Source: a virus (Duplodnaviria > Caudoviricetes). From it: a stretch of DNA of 26,807 nucleotides. A model generated the notes under the pieces. It did not search any database. It saw only the letters and a list, made by a program, of their open reading frames with translations, and was not told where the DNA came from. The stretch covers positions 1-26,807 of the IMG/VR virus record IMGVR_UViG_3300012952_000107. One strand, written 5' to 3'. The translations under genes were made by a program, and so were the position numbers. Shown one piece after another: positions 17,441-25,412 of this stretch (position 1 is its first letter; each line of letters opens with the position of its first letter).

Positions 17441-20407
17441 ATGCCTACAAAGTTTGATTTTATTTCGCCCGACGTGGTATTTAACGAAGTTGATTTAAGC
17501 CAACTCCCAACAACCCCAGATGATGAAGGTTTGTTGGTTATCGGTCGAGCGTCCCGTGGCCCAGCCATGCAGCCCATTAGAATTAGGAATTCACAAGACC
17601 TTGATGATATTTTTGGGGAACCATTAGATGGTACTGGACCTTCTGCTACCCATGATACATTTAGAGACGGGAATGTATCGGCTCCAACCTATGGCTTATA
17701 TGCTGCAAAAACATGGTTAGAAAACGCTGCTTCTCCTGTAACTTATATTAGACTTGCTGGTGAGGATGCGTCTAGTCAAGCCGCTGGTTACACAAAAGCA
17801 GGTTGGACTTTAGGTACACCTGCTATTGCTACAAATCCTGCTAATAATATCGGAGCATATGGTTTATTTGTTTGCCCAACGGGATCAAGTACACATCTAG
17901 TATCTGGTTCATTGGCAGCGATTTTTTACACTTCGGGGGCGTGCTTGACCCTCGATGGCAAGTTGGCGAATTTGGACAATGGCGGTTCTGCTGTTCAGAG
18001 CACATCTAGTCTTGGAGCAATGATTGAGTCGGATGCTAATGGGACATATACAGAATTTAAAATAGATGTTCATACTGCGGCTGGAGGATCTCCCTCTGAG
18101 AGTATTTATTTTAATTTGATTCCCGGCGACAACAATTCCGTTAGAAACGCTGTCAACACTAACCCACAAAGGTTGGTTTCTGGCCAATATGCTTCAACTC
18201 AAGATAAAAAGTTCTTCCTTGGCGAGTCATTTGAGACTTCTTTGCAACATTCATTGTTGCAAGGTAACAGTGGTGCCGAGGCAGCAAATCAAGACGTTGC
18301 AGCCGGTAAACAACTTGGTATTTTGCTTCCTCTTGTTAGTGGTAGTGCCTTTTGGGCATCACATGAACAAGCAGCGACTGCTGCCAAGTCTGGTTGGGTT
18401 ATTAATAGAAGGGTATCTGGAAATGAAACTGAATTTTTTGACCCATATGGTGCAACCAAACTGTTCAGAGTAGTAGCTTTACAAGAAGGTGTTGAATTTC
18501 AAAATAAACATGCAATTGTAATTTCTGATTTGAAAATAAAAACTGGTCCCGGAAACAAATCCACCTTTACTTTAAAAGTTGTTAATGACACAGGGGGTTC
18601 AATTGAAGAATATACCAATTTGAATCTCGATTCTACTGATTCTAACTTTATTGGTCGGAGAATCGGTACTACATATAGATCTTGGGACAATACAAATAAA
18701 GTATTTAATATGATTGGAGAATACCCAAACCAGTCAGACTATATTAGAATAGAACTTTCTGATGATTTAATTGCTGGCCTTTCTGACCAATCCGCCCTTC
18801 CATTTGGATTTTATGGCGATTTCCGACCAAGACCGTTTACCATACATTCGGGCTCGGCCACTAAGCCCCAGAATTATGATACTGTCGGAAACACTGAAAA
18901 CAATGCATTTATCGGCGAACCCGATCAACATTATGGTTTCGCGAAAAACCTCGCAAATGACTTTTCTAATCAATTAGTTGTAGTGACTGGTGATGAAAAT
19001 GGCTCTGGCGTTACCGCATCATTTGATTGGGGATCGATTCCGTTAACAGACCAGTCCACAAACGGCGGTAATCATTATGCGCCGACCGATTTGTTTGGTA
19101 TCCGAAACACAAGGACAACAGACGCTGCTCAAGCTCCTGCGAGTAAAGATTTTTTCAAATGGGGCGACTATAAGGACTTTTCAAAGATTCTCGGCGGAGC
19201 CGTAAATCAACACGCTTCAGCCAGTAATAATCAAATAACCTATGTCTTCTCATTGGATCAAATAATGCACGATGCAGCCGGTGGCGGCACCTATTATCAC
19301 AAATCGGGATCATGCGCTGTCGCCCCCGACGGCGGCTCGTATACTGCGCTCAGTGGTACAGCAGATCTTCTGGATCAAGGCATAAAACAGTTCGTTTTTC
19401 CACTATATGGTGGGTTTGATGGATTGGATATTACTCAAGCAGATGCGTTTTCGCAAAGAAACGTTTTGGGAACTTTGACCGCAAATCAACATTACGCTGT
19501 TAACTCAATTGAGAAAGCAATTGATATTGCAGCAGATAAAGATCAAATAGATTATGATGTTATTGCATATCCCGGATTGATGCATACTGCTTTATCTAAT
19601 AAACTTATAAACATAGTTGAAAAGAGGGCCGATTGTTTAGCTATTCTCGACCTTGATGATTCATACAATGAAAAATATGAAAATTCGGGCACCCCTGATA
19701 CAACTAACGGCACCGTCACTCAGGCGATTTCAAACATTAAGTCTCGCGATTGGGATTCTAGCTACGCTGCGACATATTTCCCAAGGGTTAAGATGTCAGT
19801 TGATGGCAATAACACACTCACTGTTCCCGCATCGGTTGCCGCTATTGGAGCTATCGCGCAAGCAGAAAATGATGGTTCTTCATCACCTGCTCCATGGTTT
19901 GCCCCTGCTGGTTTCAACCGAGGTGGACTTGGAGATCTTAGCCCATATCCAGTGATTAACTGCCACAGAACACTTACGAAAGGCAACAGAGATGATTTGT
20001 ATCAACTCAATGTTAACCCAATCGCTAGATTTGCAGCAATCCCAGCCATTGTCGTATTCGGGCAAAAAACATTACAACAAACTCCATCCGCTTTGGATAG
20101 AGTAAACGTTAGACGTTTGATGAATTATCTCAAAAAGCGGATTGGTCGAATTGCAGATACTATTCTGTTTGAACCAAATCTTAATGCAACGTGGAATAAT
20201 TTCAATGCACAAGCCGGTGCTGTCTTGCAAGATGTTCAAACAAGATATGGTATTGCCGAGTATAAATTGGTTCTTGATGAGACAACAACAACTGCGGACC
20301 TTGTAGATAGAAATATCATGTATGCGAAAATTTTTATTAAACCTGCGCGAGCAATAGAGTTTATTGCAATCGATTTCATTATTACGAGATCAGGTATTGA
20401 ATTTTAG
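17441..20407 (+). CDS. Contractile tail sheath protein (T4 gp18 family), enlarged to 988 aa
   Basis: N-terminal FISPDVVFNEVDLS..GRASRGP. C-terminal PWFAPAGFNRG, RDDLYQLNVNPIA, FGQKTLQ..SALDRVNVRRL, LFEPN and IKPARAIEFI. Confidence 0.95.
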   Translation: MPTKFDFISPDVVFNEVDLSQLPTTPDDEGLLVIGRASRGPAMQPIRIRNSQDLDDIFGEPLDGTGPSATHDTFRDGNVSAPTYGLYAAKTWLENAASPVTYIRLAGEDASSQAAGYTKAGWTLGTPAIATNPANNIGAYGLFVCPTGSSTHLVSGSLAAIFYTSGACLTLDGKLANLDNGGSAVQSTSSLGAMIESDANGTYTEFKIDVHTAAGGSPSESIYFNLIPGDNNSVRNAVNTNPQRLVSGQYASTQDKKFFLGESFETSLQHSLLQGNSGAEAANQDVAAGKQLGILLPLVSGSAFWASHEQAATAAKSGWVINRRVSGNETEFFDPYGATKLFRVVALQEGVEFQNKHAIVISDLKIKTGPGNKSTFTLKVVNDTGGSIEEYTNLNLDSTDSNFIGRRIGTTYRSWDNTNKVFNMIGEYPNQSDYIRIELSDDLIAGLSDQSALPFGFYGDFRPRPFTIHSGSATKPQNYDTVGNTENNAFIGEPDQHYGFAKNLANDFSNQLVVVTGDENGSGVTASFDWGSIPLTDQSTNGGNHYAPTDLFGIRNTRTTDAAQAPASKDFFKWGDYKDFSKILGGAVNQHASASNNQITYVFSLDQIMHDAAGGGTYYHKSGSCAVAPDGGSYTALSGTADLLDQGIKQFVFPLYGGFDGLDITQADAFSQRNVLGTLTANQHYAVNSIEKAIDIAADKDQIDYDVIAYPGLMHTALSNKLINIVEKRADCLAILDLDDSYNEKYENSGTPDTTNGTVTQAISNIKSRDWDSSYAATYFPRVKMSVDGNNTLTVPASVAAIGAIAQAENDGSSSPAPWFAPAGFNRGGLGDLSPYPVINCHRTLTKGNRDDLYQLNVNPIARFAAIPAIVVFGQKTLQQTPSALDRVNVRRLMNYLKKRIGRIADTILFEPNLNATWNNFNAQAGAVLQDVQTRYGIAEYKLVLDETTTTADLVDRNIMYAKIFIKPARAIEFIAIDFIITRSGIEF

Positions 20408-20414
20408 ATTCAAC

Positions 20415-20422
20415 ACTAATTA
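20415..20422 (+). promoter_or_regulatory. Putative late promoter motif ACTAATTA
   Basis: Upstream of tube gene 1. Confidence 0.6.
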
Positions 20423-20444
20423 CCATAAATAGGAGTATCAACAA

Positions 20445-20996
20445 ATGGCATTTTGGAGTTCGGCTGATGTAGAGCCAAAGAGAAATTATAAATTTAGGGT
20501 GACTTTCACAAATTTGTCTGCAAATAATGCAGGAAGTGTTATCTGGTGGGCAAAAACTGTATCTAAGCCTGTTTTCTCTGTTAGTGAAGTTGAGCACGAT
20601 CATTTTGATAATAAATATTATTTTCCGGGTCGAGTTACTTGGGAAGATTTGTCTCTCACACTGGTTGATCCAGTATCAGTTAATGCAACAGGGCAAGTGA
20701 TGGGTTTCTTGACAGCTTTGGGATACAATGTGCCCGCCAACGATGGTGATAAAGTACTCAGCGTCAACAAAGGAAATGGAACCAGAGCAGTCGGCTCAAT
20801 AATCATAGAAGTTTATGGTGGAGACGCTGGACAACAGGGTCCCGGCGGCGGGGTTCCGGGGGGTACAGTCTTAGAAAAGTGGACACTCAACAACGCTTGG
20901 GTTAAAACCGCAAAGTTCGGCGACTTAGATTATTCTAGCGATGAGTTAACCCAAATTGAATTGACAATTCGATACGATTGGGCCTCTTTTGAATGA
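20445..20996 (+). CDS. Tail tube protein (T4 gp19-like), copy 1
   Basis: EPKRNYKFRV, YYFPGRVTWEDLSLTLVDP and EKWTLNNAW...FGDLDYSSDE...IELTIRYDWA; directly after the sheath gene. Confidence 0.88.
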   Translation: MAFWSSADVEPKRNYKFRVTFTNLSANNAGSVIWWAKTVSKPVFSVSEVEHDHFDNKYYFPGRVTWEDLSLTLVDPVSVNATGQVMGFLTALGYNVPANDGDKVLSVNKGNGTRAVGSIIIEVYGGDAGQQGPGGGVPGGTVLEKWTLNNAWVKTAKFGDLDYSSDELTQIELTIRYDWASFE

Positions 20997-21004
20997 GATA
21001 AAAA

Positions 21005-21493
21005 ATGTCATTTTGGAATAGTCCAGATATATCTCCGACAAGAAAAAATCAGTTTAGAATCCAAGTTGGAGACGTATGGTGGTGGGCAAAATCAGTAACT
21101 AAACCATCTGTTGAAGTTGCCACAAACGAGTATCAGATATTAAATCAACGTCTTAAATATCCCGGACTAGCAACGTGGAACGATGTTACGATAAGAATCG
21201 TTGATGTTGGAGGTAAAGCAAAGGATTTGCTTAAGAAATTCACCGATATGGGATTTAAAGCTCCAAACGCCTCTGGCGGCAAAGATGGTATAACAAAGAC
21301 CATAGATGGAAAAAAATCAACATATGTTATAATCGAACAATACGACGGAAAGAACAAAGCAGCAATTGAAAAATGGGGCCTAGCAAATGGATTTATTAAG
21401 TCAATAAACTTTGGAGAGTTGGAATATTCAAGCGACGAATTTGTGGAAATCGAAATTATTATTAGTTATGATTGGGCCGAGTTAATAACATAA
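21005..21493 (+). CDS. Tail tube protein (gp19-like), copy 2
   Basis: Paralog of 20445: FW..D..P.R...FR, WWAKSV.KP, YPG..TW.D and EKW.L.N.....FGELEYSSDE..EIEI.I.YDWA. Confidence 0.82.
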   Translation: MSFWNSPDISPTRKNQFRIQVGDVWWWAKSVTKPSVEVATNEYQILNQRLKYPGLATWNDVTIRIVDVGGKAKDLLKKFTDMGFKAPNASGGKDGITKTIDGKKSTYVIIEQYDGKNKAAIEKWGLANGFIKSINFGELEYSSDEFVEIEIIISYDWAELIT

Positions 21494-21510
21494 ATAAATT
21501 TTAATATTTT

Positions 21511-21518
21511 ACTAATTA
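21511..21518 (+). promoter_or_regulatory. Putative late promoter motif ACTAATTA
   Basis: Upstream of the gp26-like gene. Confidence 0.6.
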
Positions 21519-21536
21519 CAATATGAGAGGTGTAAA

Positions 21537-22385
21537 TTGAGTAGAAATAATATGGATCGAACAGGAACCAATCCCGCCGATCCCCCACCGCAACAAGAAA
21601 CGAGATCATTTGATCCATTACATTTTGTTGCACCGACAGAGTTTGTTGATCTTCCATCACGCAAACTAGGATATCCAGAGGGTCATGCCCTGCATGGTAA
21701 AGATACAATTGAAATTCGCTACATGACAGCAAAAGACGAAGATATTCTTTCATCTAAGACTCTTCTTAAAAAAGGCGTTGCAATTGAAAGATTTCTTGAT
21801 AATATTATTGTTGATAAAAACATAAAATCCACTGATCTTCTTGTTGGGGATAGAAATGCTATTTTAATAGCCGCACGAATCTCAGGATATGGAGCCGACT
21901 ATGAGACACAGGTCGGATGTGTGGCTTGTGGAAGAAGATCTCATTTTAATTTCGATTTAAATGATCAAAAGATTAAAGAATCACAAATAAGCGAAGAACT
22001 TTCATTAACAATGAATGATAATGGCAACTTCAATACAGTAACTCCTTATTCAAATTTTAATATTGAGTTTCGTTTATTAAAGGGAACCGATGAGGCTCAC
22101 CTTACTCGGATGGCCGAGGACCGCAAAAAACATAAATTAGCCGATTCGCTGTTGACAGATCAATACAAAAGAATGATTGTTTCTGTTGAGGGTCATGAAG
22201 ATATTAATATTATTAATAAATATGTTGAAAATATGCCGACACTTGATTCAAGACATCTGAGAAGTTGTTATAAGCTTGCCGCACCAGATGTTAAAATTAT
22301 ACAAACTTTTACTTGCCCTTCATGCGGACATGAAGAAGGGATGGAGGTGCCCTTCGGGGCAGACTTTCTTTGGCCTGACAGATAA
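21537..22385 (+). CDS. Baseplate hub / tail assembly chaperone (T4 gp26-like) with two CxxC motifs
   Basis: TTG start with GAGGTG SD. Motifs VDLPS, IRYMTAKDEDIL, LLVGDRNAILIAARISGYG, CVACG and CPSCG. Confidence 0.75.
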   Translation: MSRNNMDRTGTNPADPPPQQETRSFDPLHFVAPTEFVDLPSRKLGYPEGHALHGKDTIEIRYMTAKDEDILSSKTLLKKGVAIERFLDNIIVDKNIKSTDLLVGDRNAILIAARISGYGADYETQVGCVACGRRSHFNFDLNDQKIKESQISEELSLTMNDNGNFNTVTPYSNFNIEFRLLKGTDEAHLTRMAEDRKKHKLADSLLTDQYKRMIVSVEGHEDINIINKYVENMPTLDSRHLRSCYKLAAPDVKIIQTFTCPSCGHEEGMEVPFGADFLWPDR

Positions 22386-22557
22386 ATATATTGAGGCCAT
22401 TTATGAACAATTTTTTCTTTTAAAACATCATGGCGGATGGTCATTTATGGAAGCATACAATTTACCTGTTGGTTTGCGTCACTGGTTCTTAAAAAGGCTT
22501 GAAAAACAATTTGAAGATGAAGAAAAAATGATGAAAAAGTCAAATAGATCAAGATAA
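22366..22557 (+). CDS. gp51-like assembly protein segment, probably expressed as a frameshift extension of the 21537 ORF
   Basis: +1 frame FFGLTDKYIEAIYEQFFLLKHHGGWSFMEAYNLPVGLRHWFLKRL resembles the T4 gp51 / tail chaperone 'T' segment. No usable start codon with an SD at its 5' end. Confidence 0.65.
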   Translation, partial: FFGLTDKYIEAIYEQFFLLKHHGGWSFMEAYNLPVGLRHWFLKRLEKQFEDEEKMMKKSNRSR

Positions 22558-22559
22558 CT

Positions 22560-22583
22560 AAATGCCTTTCGGGGCATTTTTTT
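22560..22583 (+). terminator. Intrinsic terminator
   Basis: AAATGCCT-TTCG-GGGCATTT followed by TTTT, immediately after TAA at 22555-22557. Confidence 0.85.
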
Positions 22584-22589
22584 ATTAAA

Positions 22590-22597
22590 ACTATTTA
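22590..22597 (+). promoter_or_regulatory. Putative late promoter motif ACTATTTA
   Basis: After the 22560 terminator, upstream of the 22618 and tape measure genes. Confidence 0.65.
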
Positions 22598-22617
22598 TTT
22601 TTGATTGGAGGAATAAT

Positions 22618-23001
22618 ATGATCATTGATTTAACGAAAAAACAACCATTGAACGAGTCATGGTTGAAAATGCTGGGCAGTTGGTCGAAGTCATTGTTAAA
22701 ATACATGTATGGCGATGGTGTTCAAGTTGTTGCTGGTGTAGATCAGCCGACAATCTCTTCATTGGCCGAAGACGAAGAATCTGCAAAGCTTGACGCTCCA
22801 AAATTTGTTATTCGTGGAAAGCAAAAAGATGTTAAAGCATATGCTCAAGCGATTGTTAGAGAAAAAGAATATATCGATGCCGTTGTACAATATGGATATG
22901 ATCACCTTCAAACAGCTAAAGCAAAAGAACGTCTTGATCATGCCGTTCAAAACTTTGAAAACTCAACTGGTCTCATTTGGCCATTTAAGGATGAGGGCTA
23001 A
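22618..23001 (+). CDS. Hypothetical protein upstream of the tape measure gene
   Basis: GGAGG SD and an upstream ACTATTTA motif; 127-aa open frame. Confidence 0.75.
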   Translation: MIIDLTKKQPLNESWLKMLGSWSKSLLKYMYGDGVQVVAGVDQPTISSLAEDEESAKLDAPKFVIRGKQKDVKAYAQAIVREKEYIDAVVQYGYDHLQTAKAKERLDHAVQNFENSTGLIWPFKDEG

Positions 23002-23004
23002 TAA

Positions 23005-25404
23005 GTGGCATCTGAATTTACAGAAAAAGATTTAGAACTTTTAAAAAATGGCGAGTTGTCAACTGAAAGAAGACTTGAGGTTGCTAAAAAATTAAAACAA
23101 CTTCAAAAGGAAACGTCAACCTATACCCAAAATCAGTTAGCTGATATGGCTAAGATGAATCGCCTCAATGCAGAGCAAGCCGCCCAGCTTGGCGATGCTT
23201 ATCAAGCAAGAAAAGACATAGCTAAGTCATATGAGCAGTTTTTGCAACTTCAACAAGCTGCTCTTTTAAATATGGACGAAATGGTGGACAAAGAACAAGC
23301 GAGAGAAGAAGCAATTCGTCTCGCAGGTGTTCAAATGGGACTTACTGGTGAAGCACTTGAAGATTTTATTTCAAAGGGTGAAAAAGCCACACAAATGCTT
23401 GAAAATTTCAATGAGCAATTGGAAGAAGGAAAAGAACTTGGCGATGAATTCTTTGGCGGTATCGCCGCAAAAATGGGTATCGGTAACAGCAAGTTAGCCA
23501 AAATGGTTACTGGCTTTAATAAAATACTTCAGACAGAAGAGGGTTTAACTGGGTTTTTAGAATCATTTGGAAAACATTTTAATGCCATGAACGTAGGAAT
23601 GTCTATTTTAGCCAAATTTGCTGAAATGACAATGGCGTATGCTCTTGCCACTGACAAGGCAACAGCCGCCTTCGCCGCTAATACAGGCGCAGGTAGGGCA
23701 TTAACGGTGCAAATAGACACAGTGGGGTCTTCTTTTCGTAATTTAGGTATCGACGCTGAATTGGCTGGTAAGTCTGCCGAAGCATTGTTTAGTAACTTTC
23801 CCGGTTTTTTAAATCTATCGGAAGGTATGCAAAAATCAATGATGAAGAATGTAGCTGGTCTTAATAATCTTGGTGTATCTATGGATGATTCAATTGATTC
23901 AATAATGTTCTTTAATAAAAACTTAGGAAAATCAGGTGACCAAGCTGCAAATATGACTAGAGAGTTGGCCATGACCGGTAAGGCCCTTGGAATGACATCA
24001 TCACAAATTATAAAAGATTTTACCAAATCACTTAAAGTATTAGCAGTGTTTGGAGACAAAGCACCAAAGATATTTAAAAATCTCGCAGCCGCAGCACAAG
24101 CTGCTGGTGTTGAAATCGATTCTCTTCTTAATATCACAGGAAAATTTGATACCTTTTCTGAAGCTGCCGAAACAACAGGAAAACTAAATGCCCTCCTTGG
24201 TTCTCAGTTATCAACAATTGAAATGCTCACAATGGCTGACGACGAAAGAATTGAGACTTTAATTAGAACAGTTCAAGCAACTGGGCAAAATTTTAAAGAA
24301 ATGGGTAAATTTGAACAACAGGCCATTGCTGCTGCTGCTGGTATTAATGATATGAACGAAGCGCAACGAATCTTTGGTATGAATGTTGGCCAATACAAAC
24401 AGTTTGCAAGAGACGCAGCCGCCGCAGCGAAAGAAGAAGAAGAATTTAATAAAAGACTCGGTGAGGCCATGAATATAATGAAAAAACTTAAGATGATAAT
24501 GGCTGAATTTGCAATCACCCTTGGTCCCTTGATTGATGATGTCGCCGCTATGGTTCAAGGTTTTTTAAATTTCATTACTGCTGGCGATGGGATGATTTTA
24601 AAACTTGGCCTGTTGGGGCTTGGAGTGAGCATGGCCCTTAAATTTCTTTGGCCACTAAAAGCGGTCTTAATGGCCCTTGGGTTGAAATTTTTCCCACTAT
24701 TTACAGCAGCAGTAACAGGCAACGCCGCCGCAATGGCTGCGGCAGCACCAGAATTGACTACCGCTGGTGCCGGTCTGGCTACTTTTGGAGCAGGTGTTTG
24801 GTCTATTGTTGTTCCAATAGCATTGTTGATAGCTTCTATTGCACTTCTTGTTGCAGCCTTTGCCCAGTTGTTTGTAGGTTTAACAAATAGTATTGGATTG
24901 GTTGTTGCGGTCGGACTAGCTATGCTACCCCTTGGTAAACTCTTGGGAGCAATGGCTGCTATGGGCCTATTTGCATCACTTGGGTTCTCTGCTGTTGCAA
25001 GTGGCATTACAAAAGTGGGCAAAGCTATCGCTGGTATTGAAGATTTAGATAAATTAACGCAAATGGCCAAGTTAATGCATGCCCTTTCTGGCTTTGGAGA
25101 AGATGGGAAACAAGTTGAATTTGAATCTGGAGTCACTAGAACAATAAGACATGTTCAAGAGCTTGCAGGTGACCCAGAAATAAAACCTATGTTGGAAAAC
25201 CTAGCCCTTATCAGCACAGGTCAATCTGCCTCAACAATGACAAAGGGAGCATCCAGCGGAGCAAATAATTTATCTACACCACTAGATAAATTAGTGACTG
25301 CATTAGGAAAACTTTCTGGTGATCGAGAAATATCACTACAATTAGATGGCCCAACCACAGAAGCACTTATGCGTGGTGAAATCGTAAATATGGGAGCAGG
25401 ATAG
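23005..25404 (+). CDS. Tape measure protein
   Basis: GTG start with GAGGG SD. 799 aa, Ala/Leu/Met-rich and helical, with long hydrophobic stretches in the C-terminal third. Lies between the chaperone and baseplate genes. Confidence 0.8.
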   Translation: MASEFTEKDLELLKNGELSTERRLEVAKKLKQLQKETSTYTQNQLADMAKMNRLNAEQAAQLGDAYQARKDIAKSYEQFLQLQQAALLNMDEMVDKEQAREEAIRLAGVQMGLTGEALEDFISKGEKATQMLENFNEQLEEGKELGDEFFGGIAAKMGIGNSKLAKMVTGFNKILQTEEGLTGFLESFGKHFNAMNVGMSILAKFAEMTMAYALATDKATAAFAANTGAGRALTVQIDTVGSSFRNLGIDAELAGKSAEALFSNFPGFLNLSEGMQKSMMKNVAGLNNLGVSMDDSIDSIMFFNKNLGKSGDQAANMTRELAMTGKALGMTSSQIIKDFTKSLKVLAVFGDKAPKIFKNLAAAAQAAGVEIDSLLNITGKFDTFSEAAETTGKLNALLGSQLSTIEMLTMADDERIETLIRTVQATGQNFKEMGKFEQQAIAAAAGINDMNEAQRIFGMNVGQYKQFARDAAAAAKEEEEFNKRLGEAMNIMKKLKMIMAEFAITLGPLIDDVAAMVQGFLNFITAGDGMILKLGLLGLGVSMALKFLWPLKAVLMALGLKFFPLFTAAVTGNAAAMAAAAPELTTAGAGLATFGAGVWSIVVPIALLIASIALLVAAFAQLFVGLTNSIGLVVAVGLAMLPLGKLLGAMAAMGLFASLGFSAVASGITKVGKAIAGIEDLDKLTQMAKLMHALSGFGEDGKQVEFESGVTRTIRHVQELAGDPEIKPMLENLALISTGQSASTMTKGASSGANNLSTPLDKLVTALGKLSGDREISLQLDGPTTEALMRGEIVNMGAG

Positions 25405-25412
25405 ACAAACAC

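Noticed and set aside
22276-22365. Independent TTG start for the 93-aa ORF at 22276
   Set aside because: No SD, and the first 30 codons overlap the conserved CPSCG region of the upstream gene and look non-coding in this frame. A frameshift explains the downstream part better.
22348-22371. TGCCC-TTCG-GGGCA followed by GACTTTCTTT as an intrinsic terminator
   Set aside because: It is inside the coding sequence, the U-tract is offset and interrupted, and a better terminator follows at 22560. Kept as a possible frameshift element; weak attenuation cannot be excluded.
22999-23004. Stop-codon readthrough or alternative genetic code fusing the 22618 ORF to the tape measure gene
   Set aside because: There are two consecutive TAA codons and a separate SD for the GTG. 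TAA, TAG and TGA all end genes normally elsewhere in the window, so there is no sign of recoding.
3196-25412. Many minus-strand and alternate-frame ORFs of 60-200 aa (e.g. 3954-4298, 23529-24137, 24555-25136)
   Set aside because: They lie inside well-supported + strand genes, lack SD or family motifs, and are expected shadows of biased codon usage.
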